A stretch of 64,000 bases of DNA from Amoebophrya sp. A120 (Eukaryota > Protista > Dinoflagellata). Below are positions 1 to 10,900 of the stretch, piece by piece. The notes beneath the pieces are model-generated. The model did not search any database. It saw only the letters and a list, made by a program, of their open reading frames with translations, and was not told the DNA's origin. The stretch lies in assembly GCA_905178155.1 (NCBI GenBank), contig CAJINV010000013.1, positions 1,926,281 to 1,990,280 on the forward strand, written 5' to 3'. Positions within the stretch are counted from its first letter, which is position 1. Every line of letters begins with the position of its first letter. Made by a program: the position numbers and the translations under genes.

Positions 1-1270
1 GGTCGGTGTTTTTTTGTGGTGAAGCGCGAGAGCAGGGGGCAGTAGATCGGTAACGCTCGCAGAACGGGGCAACACGCTGAAGGGAAAGGAGATGAACAAG
101 CAGCATTGGGAGCAACGTGGACAATCGTCTGTTTGTGGAAAATGGACAAGCGGCAGCGCAAAGTAGGGTAAGTACTTCTCATGCCATGGACTAATTTTGT
201 CAAAATCAAACATCACACTACAGGTCAAAAATCCGAAAATTCAAAATCTTTGAAGTTAGTTTGAAATTGATTTGAAATCAAATTAGTTCCTGGGCGGATT
301 TGATATAAGAAAAGGGAGAAGGGGATGAACGGGCGACCCGAGAGAGAAAAAAATGAGAGGGTACAACTGTGAGCAGCGAACTAAAGTGGAGACGGAGTTG
401 CTCCAGATAATAATAGATCGTTCCCCACAGAGAAAAAGAATTCGAGTGCAGATGGCAAAAAGCGTAAAACGTTTTTGAATTCTTTTTTCCGCATAGGTGT
501 ATGACGAGCGATAGATACTCTTGAGATTGCACCGTGGATCAAATAAATCGGAGTGGTTTAATGGATCGGAGCGACGGTACAGAGAGTATCATGAATGTGA
601 ACTACAAAGGAACAACATCGAGTGACAAGTCGAGCGACCCCGACAGAAATGGAGCGAGCCTTTCCTTGGCATGGTTTTCCACGAAGGATGAGGTAGCTTG
701 AGTAGTGAGAGTAAGAAAAGCAGTTGCGGTGCAGAAATAGATTTTCTACCTCGTGCCTTGCGTTGCCGTTTCGTGTTTTGTACCTGTAGGGAAGTCGACC
801 TCGACGCTGATGTGCCTGTCATTGCGTCTTTGGCTGTTTTGCACTGCTTGTGTCCCTTGCCGATGCAGCTTGTATTTAGACGAGAGTTGCGTTGTTGATG
901 GTTGAGAAAAGCGGATTCGCCCTTTTCCGTGTCGTCATACTCCAGGAATGATTCTCCGGCTTCCCCCCATCCCCTCGGCTATCAGACCGAATTTTGAAAC
1001 GAAAAGGCAAAAAGGTAAAACATTCAAATCCTACAAGCAGCTGCTGCATTGCTAATTCATGTAATTCATCGCTTCTCCACGACAGTCTGAGGCGTACTTA
1101 CTTAGTAGGTGCAGCACCCACTTTCTTTGATAAATTTGTATTTGAAGGAAAGTGCAGTCAGTCTGTGGAAGATCCAGAATTCATCTTAGGCGAAGATTCT
1201 ATACCATTTGTTTTTGTGTCGGGCCCCCTACAGAGCTCCATTGAATTAGAGATAGTACTACTAACTTATC

Positions 1271-3352
1271 ATGGGTGGCGCGTGTGGCACCCAACGGCCC
1301 CGCGCGGGCGACCCGGTCACGGCCCTTGCCCCAGAACAGCGGGTGAAAAAAGCGGATGGTAATAATTCGCCGAACGACATGAAAAATGTTGCCTCCTCCA
1401 CCAGGCAGCCTAGCAGCTACGCCATGTCGGGCTCCGAGTTGAGGGACCAGAAGCTGCATCCCCCCACGAAAATCGGTTTCTTCGACGGCCATGCGGCGAC
1501 GAACAACAACTCCCACGCGGAATCCTCCGAAACTGAGGCGGAAATGAACCACAGTCGCACGAATGACCCACTATCGGGCGGGACCTCCACGGAACTCGAG
1601 AACAAGTCGGCCAGCACAACCGCAAACTCGACCATGGAGGGGTTTTTCGTGCCGCCACCCGCGCGAGGTCGGGGCCGAACGCCCGGAGGTGCGACGTCAC
1701 GAGGATCCGCGAACGAGGAAAAGACAACTAGCAAGTCAAAGTTTCGCTCCTTCGAAATGCTCGAAAAGCTCGAATCCAGATCGAGGTCCAACTCCAAGAC
1801 CCGGGCGGACGCGCCGAGCCACCTGGGATATGGAGGCGAAATGAGTGATCTTCATCTTCTTCCCGGCTGCTGCTAGTCCTGAAAATAAAAGAGGCAGCCT
1901 GTGGAGGTCTTCGTGCCGATTCGCCAACTCTAGGGCTCTTTTTGATGTGATTCACAGCGTCCACCAAAAATTACGCCAGACTGATTTCTGGCGTGCTTTA
2001 TTTTGCATGTCAATACAGAGGGACATAGGAAATTCGCATGACCCACAGGCAGCTGCGACTTTATTTCTTAGGGGTAGCAGCAGCCCCTATTAAGTAGAGC
2101 TAGAGTAAGATCACTCATTTGCCCTTTATATGGGAAGCTACCGGTCGCAGAGCCGCGGAAACCTGCGGAAAACCGAAAAGGACATGCTCAACTACGCAAA
2201 CAGGAACTACGAGAGCCACTTGAACCAGATCGGCGGAGAGCAACACGATAGTAACAGCACATCAAACGCCGGCACAGGAGGAGGCAAAACGGGGGGAAGC
2301 TCCCTGCACCAGCCCATGAACGCTGGCACTCCGATCGGCATGACGAACCCGCACGAGAAGCTGTTGCCGAAGCAGGGCTCCTCGCAGACGACCTCTGCCC
2401 GCGTCGAGTACGCGCAAGATCGCACGATGCGCGGGCGACTTTTGTACTACGGCGTCGATTTTTATGAAAGCGAAATTGTGCGTCACACTCACATCTGCAG
2501 CGTTTTGCAAGGCCAAGCGCCTGGCAGAACGTTTCTGATGCGACTGTGGTGCACAGTTTGGCTTTCATAATTTTGGTATCGCGAAGAAAGTTGCGGACTT
2601 TGCGGACATGAAAACGGACAGCTCCCAAGGCAACGCGCTCGCGTTGCCAAAAGCGAACTATGCGAGTGCACAACTCCCCCTCGTCGACGATCCTTGATAA
2701 AGGACTTTAAGCAGCAAAAGAATGGAAATGCCGAGACAACAGCGCGTCTGCGTTTTTACAAAAAGTCTAGGCATGGTTGTTCCGTGCTATAAATAGCTCG
2801 ACATGCAAGGTATTTTTACAAAAACCTGGAGCTGTTGTACTTTCGCATTTTATGTACAGAGGCACGGCACCAGGGGGACCTGTGCACTCCGATACATACT
2901 TGGACCAGGGTACTTCGCTGTCGTTTTTGTGGCAGTGTGTGGAGTTCGCGAATCTCTCGCACGGAGAAGAAGACCAGGCGTTAGCCAAGTTGGCTAACTT
3001 TTTCCAATATGCATCGCAAAAGCATATGACTAGACTAGTGGATGATCTCTCAGCATGGTGCTCGTCAGCTAGGTGAGCAGAAGAAAGTTATGTATTGTCT
3101 GAACCTGTGACAGGCTGTCAGTAAGAAATTGCAATCTTCGACAGAAGTACAACTGGGAAGACGAACGACTACAATCGTACTTTTGCGATGCATATCCAAG
3201 AAGAGGAATTTGGCCGGCTTACCAAGTCGCAGCAGAAGCGCTGTCAGGAACTCACCGGTCGCGCGATGGACTTTCTCAATGCGCAGAACGGGAGCATGAA
3301 CCCAAACGGTGCAGCAGGTCCGGGATTATCACACAGAAAATTGCTAACATAG
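1271..3352 (+). CDS. Hypothetical protein with possible N-terminal acylation motif (MGGACG); 5 exons separated by 4 TIR introners
   Basis: Removing elements 1829-2130, 2463-2569, 2659-2894 and 3008-3194 (each plus one 5-bp repeat) gives a continuous frame ...HLG|SYRSQ...GVDF|GIAKK...PKAN|LDQGT...NFFQ|EEEFG... to TAG 3350-3352. Confidence 0.75.
1829..2130. mobile_element. TIR introner (non-canonical intron)
   Basis: TSD TGGGA at 1824-1828 and 2131-2135; ends TATGGAGGCGAAATGAGTGATCTT / AAGATCACTCATTTGCCCTTTATA; removal restores frame. Confidence 0.85.
2463..2569. mobile_element. TIR introner, short fold-back family (homologous to 6774-6883)
   Basis: TSD ATTTT both sides; near-complete hairpin TATGAAAGCGAAATTGTGC...GCACAGTTTGGCTTTCATA; removal restores frame. 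Confidence 0.85.
2659..2894. mobile_element. TIR introner, TGCACAACTCCCCCT family (as 6974-7246)
   Basis: Ends TATGCGAGTGCACAACTCCCCCT / AGGGGGACCTGTGCACTCCGATA; degenerate TSD CGAAC/CATAC; removal restores frame. Confidence 0.75.
3008..3194. mobile_element. TIR introner
   Basis: Perfect 15-bp TIR TATGCATCGCAAAAG; TSD TCCAA; removal restores frame. Confidence 0.88.
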
Positions 3353-3422
3353 TAAATCAAAGTGCCACTTCTTTGTGACGCAACAGACTAAATGTTGAGT
3401 TTCGATTTGTATGCAAGAAAGT

Positions 3423-3453
3423 AAGTCGGTTATGATAATATCATAACCGACTT
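3423..3453. repeat. Perfect palindrome, 15-bp arms with 1-nt spacer
   Basis: AAGTCGGTTATGATA-A-TATCATAACCGACTT, about 70 bp after the stop of gene 1. Confidence 0.9.
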
Positions 3454-4923
3454 TATATCATAGTATTGATATATCCATTGTTGACACGGTAAAAGAAGTA
3501 GAAGATCTGCGGCAAGTGCGAGCCCATAGCGGTCGCTTGATGAGAATCAGTGAGATTGCATGCACGAGGACACAAAATTTTTCCTGTTACTAACTAGATT
3601 CATCGCGGTTGCACCATGATCACAATGCAGAGGCACGATCATGCTTTTAGCTTTTTTCTGAAGGATAGTTCTTCGGAAATAAGTACGGGGGGAGCATTCC
3701 GCCGCCACCGCCGATGCCAACGCTGAACAAGAATTAGATTGATAGATTGGATGACTTCCGATTCCATTTCCTCTACCTCCAAGAACCAACTCTCCACGGC
3801 CGCGCTTTCATCTCAATCAAAAAAGCGAATATTTGTAGCACGACTTAGTATCTCTATCTATGTCTATGTCACTATGCGTATGCATGGCTACAAACAAATA
3901 CAAACCTCCACGCGTCGCCTGAAGCCACTACCTTGCTTTATTGCGTCTTTGTTTCTAGATGATGAACTTTCTATACTCTCTACCTGCAGAACTTTTTCTT
4001 GAATTTGTTTCGTCGAGCTAAAGTGAAATAGAATCTTTCTGATTATAGTACAATTATAGTACAACAAGTCTCCCACCTTCTGCATGCAGACTGTTACTGT
4101 TTTTTACGAAAATATTAAATTTGACGCTCCTATCGTGCAAAACTCAACTACTTTCGTTGTTAAAAAAGCCCAACAGTGCATCCTGACAAACTCCTGCTTG
4201 ATAGTTTTACCCAATAAAAATCAGCTCGCTGAGGAATGACCGCACAACGATCGAAATTCGCTGGATAGTAGAATGCTCCGTCTAGTCCTCTAGGCGCGGC
4301 GAGCAAACAAAATTGTATCGTTGTGGGGTGGTCAAGAACAACATCATCGTGATTCGGTGGAGAGCATGGTAGTTGTACTCATGAAATTAGTTCTGGGTCT
4401 TGCAGCTCTGCTTGGGTGGTCGTGCAGTCTTCCTCCTTTTCGGTCGTCTTTTTGCCTTACGTTGTCGTGATCATCCGCCACTCAGTCGGGGTAAAAAGAA
4501 ACTCGTTCCGATTCGACGAGGGAAAAGAGAAAAACATGGCACCTCGGGGCGTTCTTTAGTTGATGTCATGGAGGATTGTGCAGCTTAGCGATTCTCCCTT
4601 CTGAAGTCACGTCTCTACTCAGCTCTCTTGTGAGTGTTTCGCTAAGTCTAAGTTTCCATGTTTTCTCAAAGCGTCAAAATGATTTTGAAAAACTAAGAGT
4701 ACAAGTAGATTGCATCAACATGGAGCTACGAATAGGATTGGGTAGTGACAGTGAGTTTTGTTTGGGGGTAGCAGGTCGCGCAGACCACCCGAGCACGAGC
4801 TGCTCGCTGCGCCAGTGCGTGGCGCCCTTTGATATATTAAAGTAAACGTAAAGCACTTCCAATGCTTGTCTGCCTTGCTGGGCGATCTTCATATCATTGG
4901 AAGAAACAGGATTTAACAACAAG

Positions 4924-7900
4924 ATGATGATGGTGCTGGCGAGGAGCGCGTCGAGGTCTTTATCGACAGCGGGGCCGCTTTTTTATCTTCAACATCATCT
5001 TACGAAGAGATCTCTTTCTGCGCGAAGCCTCCGACACCGTCTTCTCATTCCCTGTTTCCTCTTGACCTTGATAGCGCGGGAAGTAGCTGTTGTGCAGATG
5101 ACATCAAACGGAGTCGGACTTGTAGAAGAGGAGCAGCCTGATGAAAATGATTATACTGGAGGACGAGGTGGTCTTCATTTTGGTTTTGGTCCGTCTAGCA
5201 GCTGGCAAGGGCGACGAGGGGGCCATACGCTTGCAGGTGAAGATGTTGGAGAAGAGGAACACATCGTGGCAAGTGGAACTACAACTCCATCCCGGGTGCA
5301 TATTTTCACGCACGATCGGGCTTCCACCTCCACGTCCTCCGAGCATGAAAGTACAACAAATTTGGCCGCGTTTGAGGAAAGACAAAGACAGCAATTGCAC
5401 AACTATGGTCATCTACAACAACTTCACGCTGCTACTGCTAGTTCATCTTTCCTCGGAGAAGTTGACGCGAAAAACACGAAAGAGCATCCTACGACGAGCG
5501 GCCATCGACGTGTAGTGGCGGGCCGCAAAATAAATGCCGCAGTGGTCGAAAATGATGGCGCGGTAGATGTGCACGAACAAGACGAGAAGATCGGCGCAAG
5601 ACGGGTCGTCGTGCAAGAGGACGGCAGCACTAGTAGTGCCGGTGTTTTTGGGCGGATGAACAGCGACGTGATGAATAGTAACTACGGGGGCGAGGACGAG
5701 AGCCACTATGCTAACGTCGAGGACGACGAGAATTCGCATTCGACACAAACAAGCGTCGAAGCGATGTTTTTGCAACAAGGGGACAACCTCGTGCATGCGA
5801 GCAACCACGAGAACGTCGCATTCGACGAGGTGGACCACACGGACCCAGCACCAGCATCAAGAAAGTCAACGACATCTGCAGCAGGAAGGCCGGCGCGCTT
5901 TGAAAAAAGTACTTCTCAAGGGGTGGAAAATAATATTTCTCCGGGAAGCACCACCACGACAAGTTCGAAAGTAGGACGCGGCGCATCATCAGCACTTCTC
6001 GAACTACAGGCCGCGGCGGCGGGGGTGCAAGAAGCAGGAGATGTTGAGCAGGACTACGCACGACGAGACGAGGACTCTGCACCCGAGGCGCAGCGAGAAG
6101 TAGGAGCGGTGCGGACTCCTGCAGCTGCTGCTGCTGGTTCCTCTAGTTCTTCATCTGCCTTGTCTTCCGCTACGGGGTTAGTTGTAGGTGCCGCGGCACC
6201 ACCAGCTGCCTCTCCACCTGCTCCGGCCGCGTTTGCGGACCTGTTGCGGCAGCAGCGGGAGTGGTTTGAGGAGCGAATGAATGTAGTCGAAGGGGAGTTG
6301 CAGGAGCTGAAAGACAAGCGTGCCGAGGATTTGCGGGAGGAGGAAGGGATGCGGAAAAAGATCCGGGACGCCGGCGCCGTGAACGAGGCGATGCTGGCCC
6401 GGCTAGTGGCCCTGAACGCGGGGCAGCAGCGCGCCTTCTTTGCCTGGTCCTCGGTCATTCTCACCATCGCGATTGTGTGCATCGTGATGGGCCTCATCCT
6501 GCCGGTCCGCATGGTGTTTCTTCCCGAGGTGGTGGTCAACCCGCGGGACGCGTCGCAGCGCTTCGTGCTGTTGCCCTGGGACTTTGCCGAGCACGGGACT
6601 TTGTCCTCCGTGGTGCAGATCACGGGCACCCCAGAGGGCAAAATTTGGTCCGCGGCACTGGTGATGTACAGCGCTAGCGTCCTCCTGTCGCGCTACACGT
6701 TGGAAGTGCACCGCCCGTGGTGTCCCTGGTCGGACCAGGGAACCGCAGCGAACAATGTGCAAGTTATCCTGCTTGTGAAAACGAAACTGTGCGTCACCGT
6801 CACATCAGAAACGCTTTGCAAGGCGCTTGTTTTCACACCAAAACGCTTCTGATGTGACTGTGACGCACAGTTTCGCTGTCATACTGCCGGCTGCCCAGTC
6901 CGTAACCGAGGTGGCGCTGCGGATCCTCTGGCTGGTGTTTCCCGTCGTCTGTTTCTGCTTCGCCGCGATGGTCTACGAGAATGCACAACTCCCCCTCCCC
7001 CTCATTTTTATATGCAAAATACCGAATTAGATTTTGAAATTTATATTTAAATTTTTCATTTTCACCTCTTCCTTGCCTTCATTAAGCACTCTGCGGATGG
7101 CAAGTTTTGGACGCTCACACGGGACTGCAATCCATGTCTGGGTTATTTGTCATGCAAAAGCTACATTTGTGCTATTGCTTTTGCTGCTGCAGCTCATGCC
7201 ATCTACTTCAATAACTGAGGGGGAGGGGGAGTTGTGCACTCTCATACGGCCCCAGCGGCGAGTTATGAAAGGAAAAAGATTGACGAGCAGGAGGAGGAGG
7301 ATGTGGAAGATAGCGGAGAAGATGAAGTACCACCCTCCGCGTTTGCAGAGGTACAAAATCAAACTGAAGAGGCACAGTCACTCCTCGCCGCGTCAGCGAC
7401 TTTTTCACAAGTGGAGCAACCTGGTGAGAAGTTCTCTATGACAAGGAGCAGCCCACAGAACGAGCAGGCTTCCGTCGATAAAAGTGATGTACTAGAAGTG
7501 GGAGATGAGGGCGGCGGGGACGAGCGAAGCGCTCCAAAAAAACTTGTGACTGCCCGCATTTTCGTGCGGTTCTTTCTTTTCGAAAACGCTTGCAGGGCTG
7601 CGTCGTTCACTGCGACTCAGCCCTCCGGAAAACACAGCCGGCCCTACCGCAATCGGCGCTGTTTTGGCGCCTTGCTGACACGGTTTCTTGGCTTTGGCAG
7701 GGCCGCCAGTTCTCCGTTGTTCCGCCCCTTTCGGAACGGCCTCTGTTTGCAAGGGCGCGCGTAGGCGTGGATGTGTCCCGATGCCTCGCGCGCTGGTATG
7801 GTCGCCACAGGCTCTCCTCCCTGGCCCTTGCTTATTCTTCTTACTTTCGACAGACCGACGAAGCTTTTGGCTTCGGCTGGCGCATGTCTCTTCACAAATG

Positions 7901-10900
7901 CCCCGCCATCTGATAGATACAACCCTTTGCCTTTGCGTGGGTCTGACTGCGGGATCAGCTGTGCATTGGGAATGCCCTCAGAGGGACATGCGGTGAGAAT
8001 GTGTCCCGAACCTGCGCAGGATGTTGTCGCGGAGGCCTTTGCGCCCTGTGCAATAGTGCGCTGCCTAATCAATGTCATTCCCGACGGCAGAGTGCGCGCC
8101 GCATTGGCCAAGTTGGCCCGCCAGCGCTTGCCGCGCGAGAAGAATTTCGTTGGCGCCGGGGCTTCCGGCAGGCGGGAGCCCGCCGACCTCGCAGCCATTG
8201 CAGGCACTGCGCGGCGACCCAAGGCGGCCAGATTTTGGCTTCTGGCCGCCCGCCTGCGTAGGTTCGGTTGGCAGGAATGAAGGTGCGAGAAGGCGCGGCC
8301 AAAATCTGCGTGAAGGCACCAAAAGAATTGGCAAAACGCAAGCCAATCCGCATGCTACAGACCCGAAAAAATGGGAGACTTTCCGGACTTAGCCGCTTTG
8401 CGGCACATTTCTTGGCCCGCGCAAGTTTTTCGGACTTTCGCGGAGGACGTTTTGCTCCAAGGACTTGCAAAAAACTTGTGAGAACACTTGCAAACGAGAC
8501 GCCTTTTTTTCGCCTCCCGCTCGTTCGCCCCACGGTATGGTGGGCGGAGCCTTCAAATTTGCAAGTTTTCTGCAAGTTTTTTGCAAGTCTTTTGCAAGTC
8601 CCGGCGCAAGTTTTTTGCAAGTCCTTGGAGGCAAACATCCGCGCCAGGACTTGCAAGACCCGGACTTCCGGGAGTCCTTCCACCGAAAACGCCTAAGTCC
8701 GGAAAACAGCAGCGCTTTTCGTGCCCATACCATGCTGATTCGCCTGGTTTTTTGGGTCGTTTTCGTGCGCCGGCGCGAGTTGCCCGCGGCGCAAACCTCC
8801 TGGCGGAGGCTTCCCAAGCTGCCTAGCAATGGTCGCCTTCCCTGGCTGCGCAGCACCTGGGGTGGCCGTTGTTCTCGGAGTAAATGCGCCGGCCATGGTT
8901 GTCTTTCGATTCTGCTCTCAGAATGCCTGCGCGGCTTCGGGCGAGCGGTTTCTTTGGCAGAGCGGGGCTTCTGCGTGCACAGCCAGGTAGGCAGCCCCCT
9001 ATGGCCACGGCCTTGCGCCCTCCACGGCTAGCCTAGGGCAGCAGGGTTTTGGGGCGTGGTCTGCCTCGCCCCGCCCAAGCCGGCAGGCTGGCAGGTGTGC
9101 CCGGCGCCCTCCCTTGGTAACCTCGCGGTGCCTTATTAGTGTCTCTACCGGCGTGCACCTGCTTCACCTGGCAGGGGCCTTGGCGTTGCCTCCCCTTGCC
9201 TCCTTCGGGCGTGTGGTGCGGCTGTGGCTTCGCCTCTTCTGAAGAGGCCAGCCGAGCAATGCCAATTTTTGCCGGCCGCCAGGCCATGGTGGATAATGTT
9301 GCCCCCGCTCTATTGCTGGCTGTGCGGGTGCGGCGTGCCACACCATGCAGGATGGACCCGGGACACATTGGGGCCGCACCGTATGGCGGCCTGTATTTCT
9401 GGCCAATGAGGTGCCGGGGCCTGGGCCAGCGTGTGATGGCGGCTGTGGCAAGAATGGCGGCAGGGCACGGCCGCCACGCTTCTGCCAGCCCAGTGCGTCT
9501 TTTTTGCTGTGTTGGCGCCGCCGGGCTTCCAGCCAGCGGCGCCGTGCGCATTCGCCCCCGAACGGGCGCGGGGGGACAGGCTAGCGCCACCCGGCCGGGC
9601 CACCCACGAAAAAAAACGCCCCGGAGGGCGGCGCCGGGATTCTACAGATGCTTGTGGCGCCTGCCGCCTGCTGCTGAAAAAGTCGTATGCGCGCAAGTTT
9701 TGCGCAAGTCCGCAGCAAGTTCTGGAATCGTCTCGCGCTATCCACCGTTTTGGCTCTAATAGAAGTGGGAGATGAGGGCGGCGGGGACGAGCGAAGCGCT
9801 CCCCCCGGGGGCACAGCCGGGTTACCAAGGAGTGCGCCTTTCTGACCTGTCCGCGCAGGGCCCCGGAAAGGGACAAATTTATGGGTAGAGCCCCACATCT
9901 ACCAGTGATTTTTACAGTCACAAACATAAATTTAGTTGTTATTGCTATGGTTGGTTAAAAGGGCACTTTCCCCGTCCTTCGTCTAGTTGGTTATAACTCA
10001 CAGTTTTGTACCAGCAATAACAAGCGCCATGTCCTTTGCCAAGTCGGTACGCGGTTTTGTTCTGACCTGTGGTGTTTCTTCTTCCCGTATCAGTCTGAAG
10101 ATCTCACATGGTGGTAAGTGAAATATCCGTCAGGGCAGTGTTCGTCTTAGTGTCATACAGTGTTAGTCTCTTTACCTATAGGCGTTGTTCGTCCCCGATT
10201 CTGTTACTTACTGCTGGTTCTGTGGTGCGTATACAGGTTTGTGTCCGTCGTCAAGTTCTTCCTGGTTTGTTTTTTTTTCATGTCGTCTGACCCTTTTTTT
10301 GACTCATATGGACTCCTGAAGGGATCGCTCTATCGTGATTTTTGGTGCCCGGCTCGGTTGGTGGTAGTTCTTGCTCGAAAGTCAGACACTGGCAGCACCC
10401 TAAATTTCTGAAATTCCCGCCCTAAATTTTCATGCATGAGTCTGGTCATCTAAGATCATCTGTGCCTGTGGTCTGTGTTTGCATTAACTTCATTCGCATA
10501 AGAATGCTTACTTTTTTGCCCTCGGTCCCTGCAGATTTTGCTTGTCGGTTGTACCGCGACAATGACAGCACTGCAAATCTTTCTTAAGTTTCGGCTGTGC
10601 TGCCTGTGGCCAGGTCAAAAATTTTGGTGCGTCACATGGCAAAATTGACTTTTTTCGTGCGGGTTTTTTTCGGTCCTTTTCGGTCCTTCGTCCTGATTCG
10701 TACTCGGGCTCCAGCTTTCATGACTAGCGTCGTTCCTGGAAGGTTAAATGTTGTCCATCCTTTTTTGGTTTCTCAACTTCTACTGGTATTGCTCTCTGGT
10801 TTCTCTGAGCTCTCCTGTAAGTCTATTCAGAAATCAATAGCGAAGAGGTTCACAAAATGTCCAGCTAAGTCTTGTTTGTCAGTTTCTAGCTCGGGCGCGC

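Noticed and set aside
2451-2590. DFGIAKK kinase-like motif formed after splicing
   Set aside because: No HRD, VAIK, glycine loop or APE motifs in the gene
9745-9759. Relict spliced leader (TTTTGGCTC) before repeat copy 2; similar at 29395-29407 and ~44580-44591
   Set aside because: Only about 9-12 matching bases, plausible by chance
7590-9927. Numerous 100-200-aa ORFs on both strands
   Set aside because: Overlapping Arg/Pro/Ala-rich frames expected from high GC; no recognisable domain, no transposase motif
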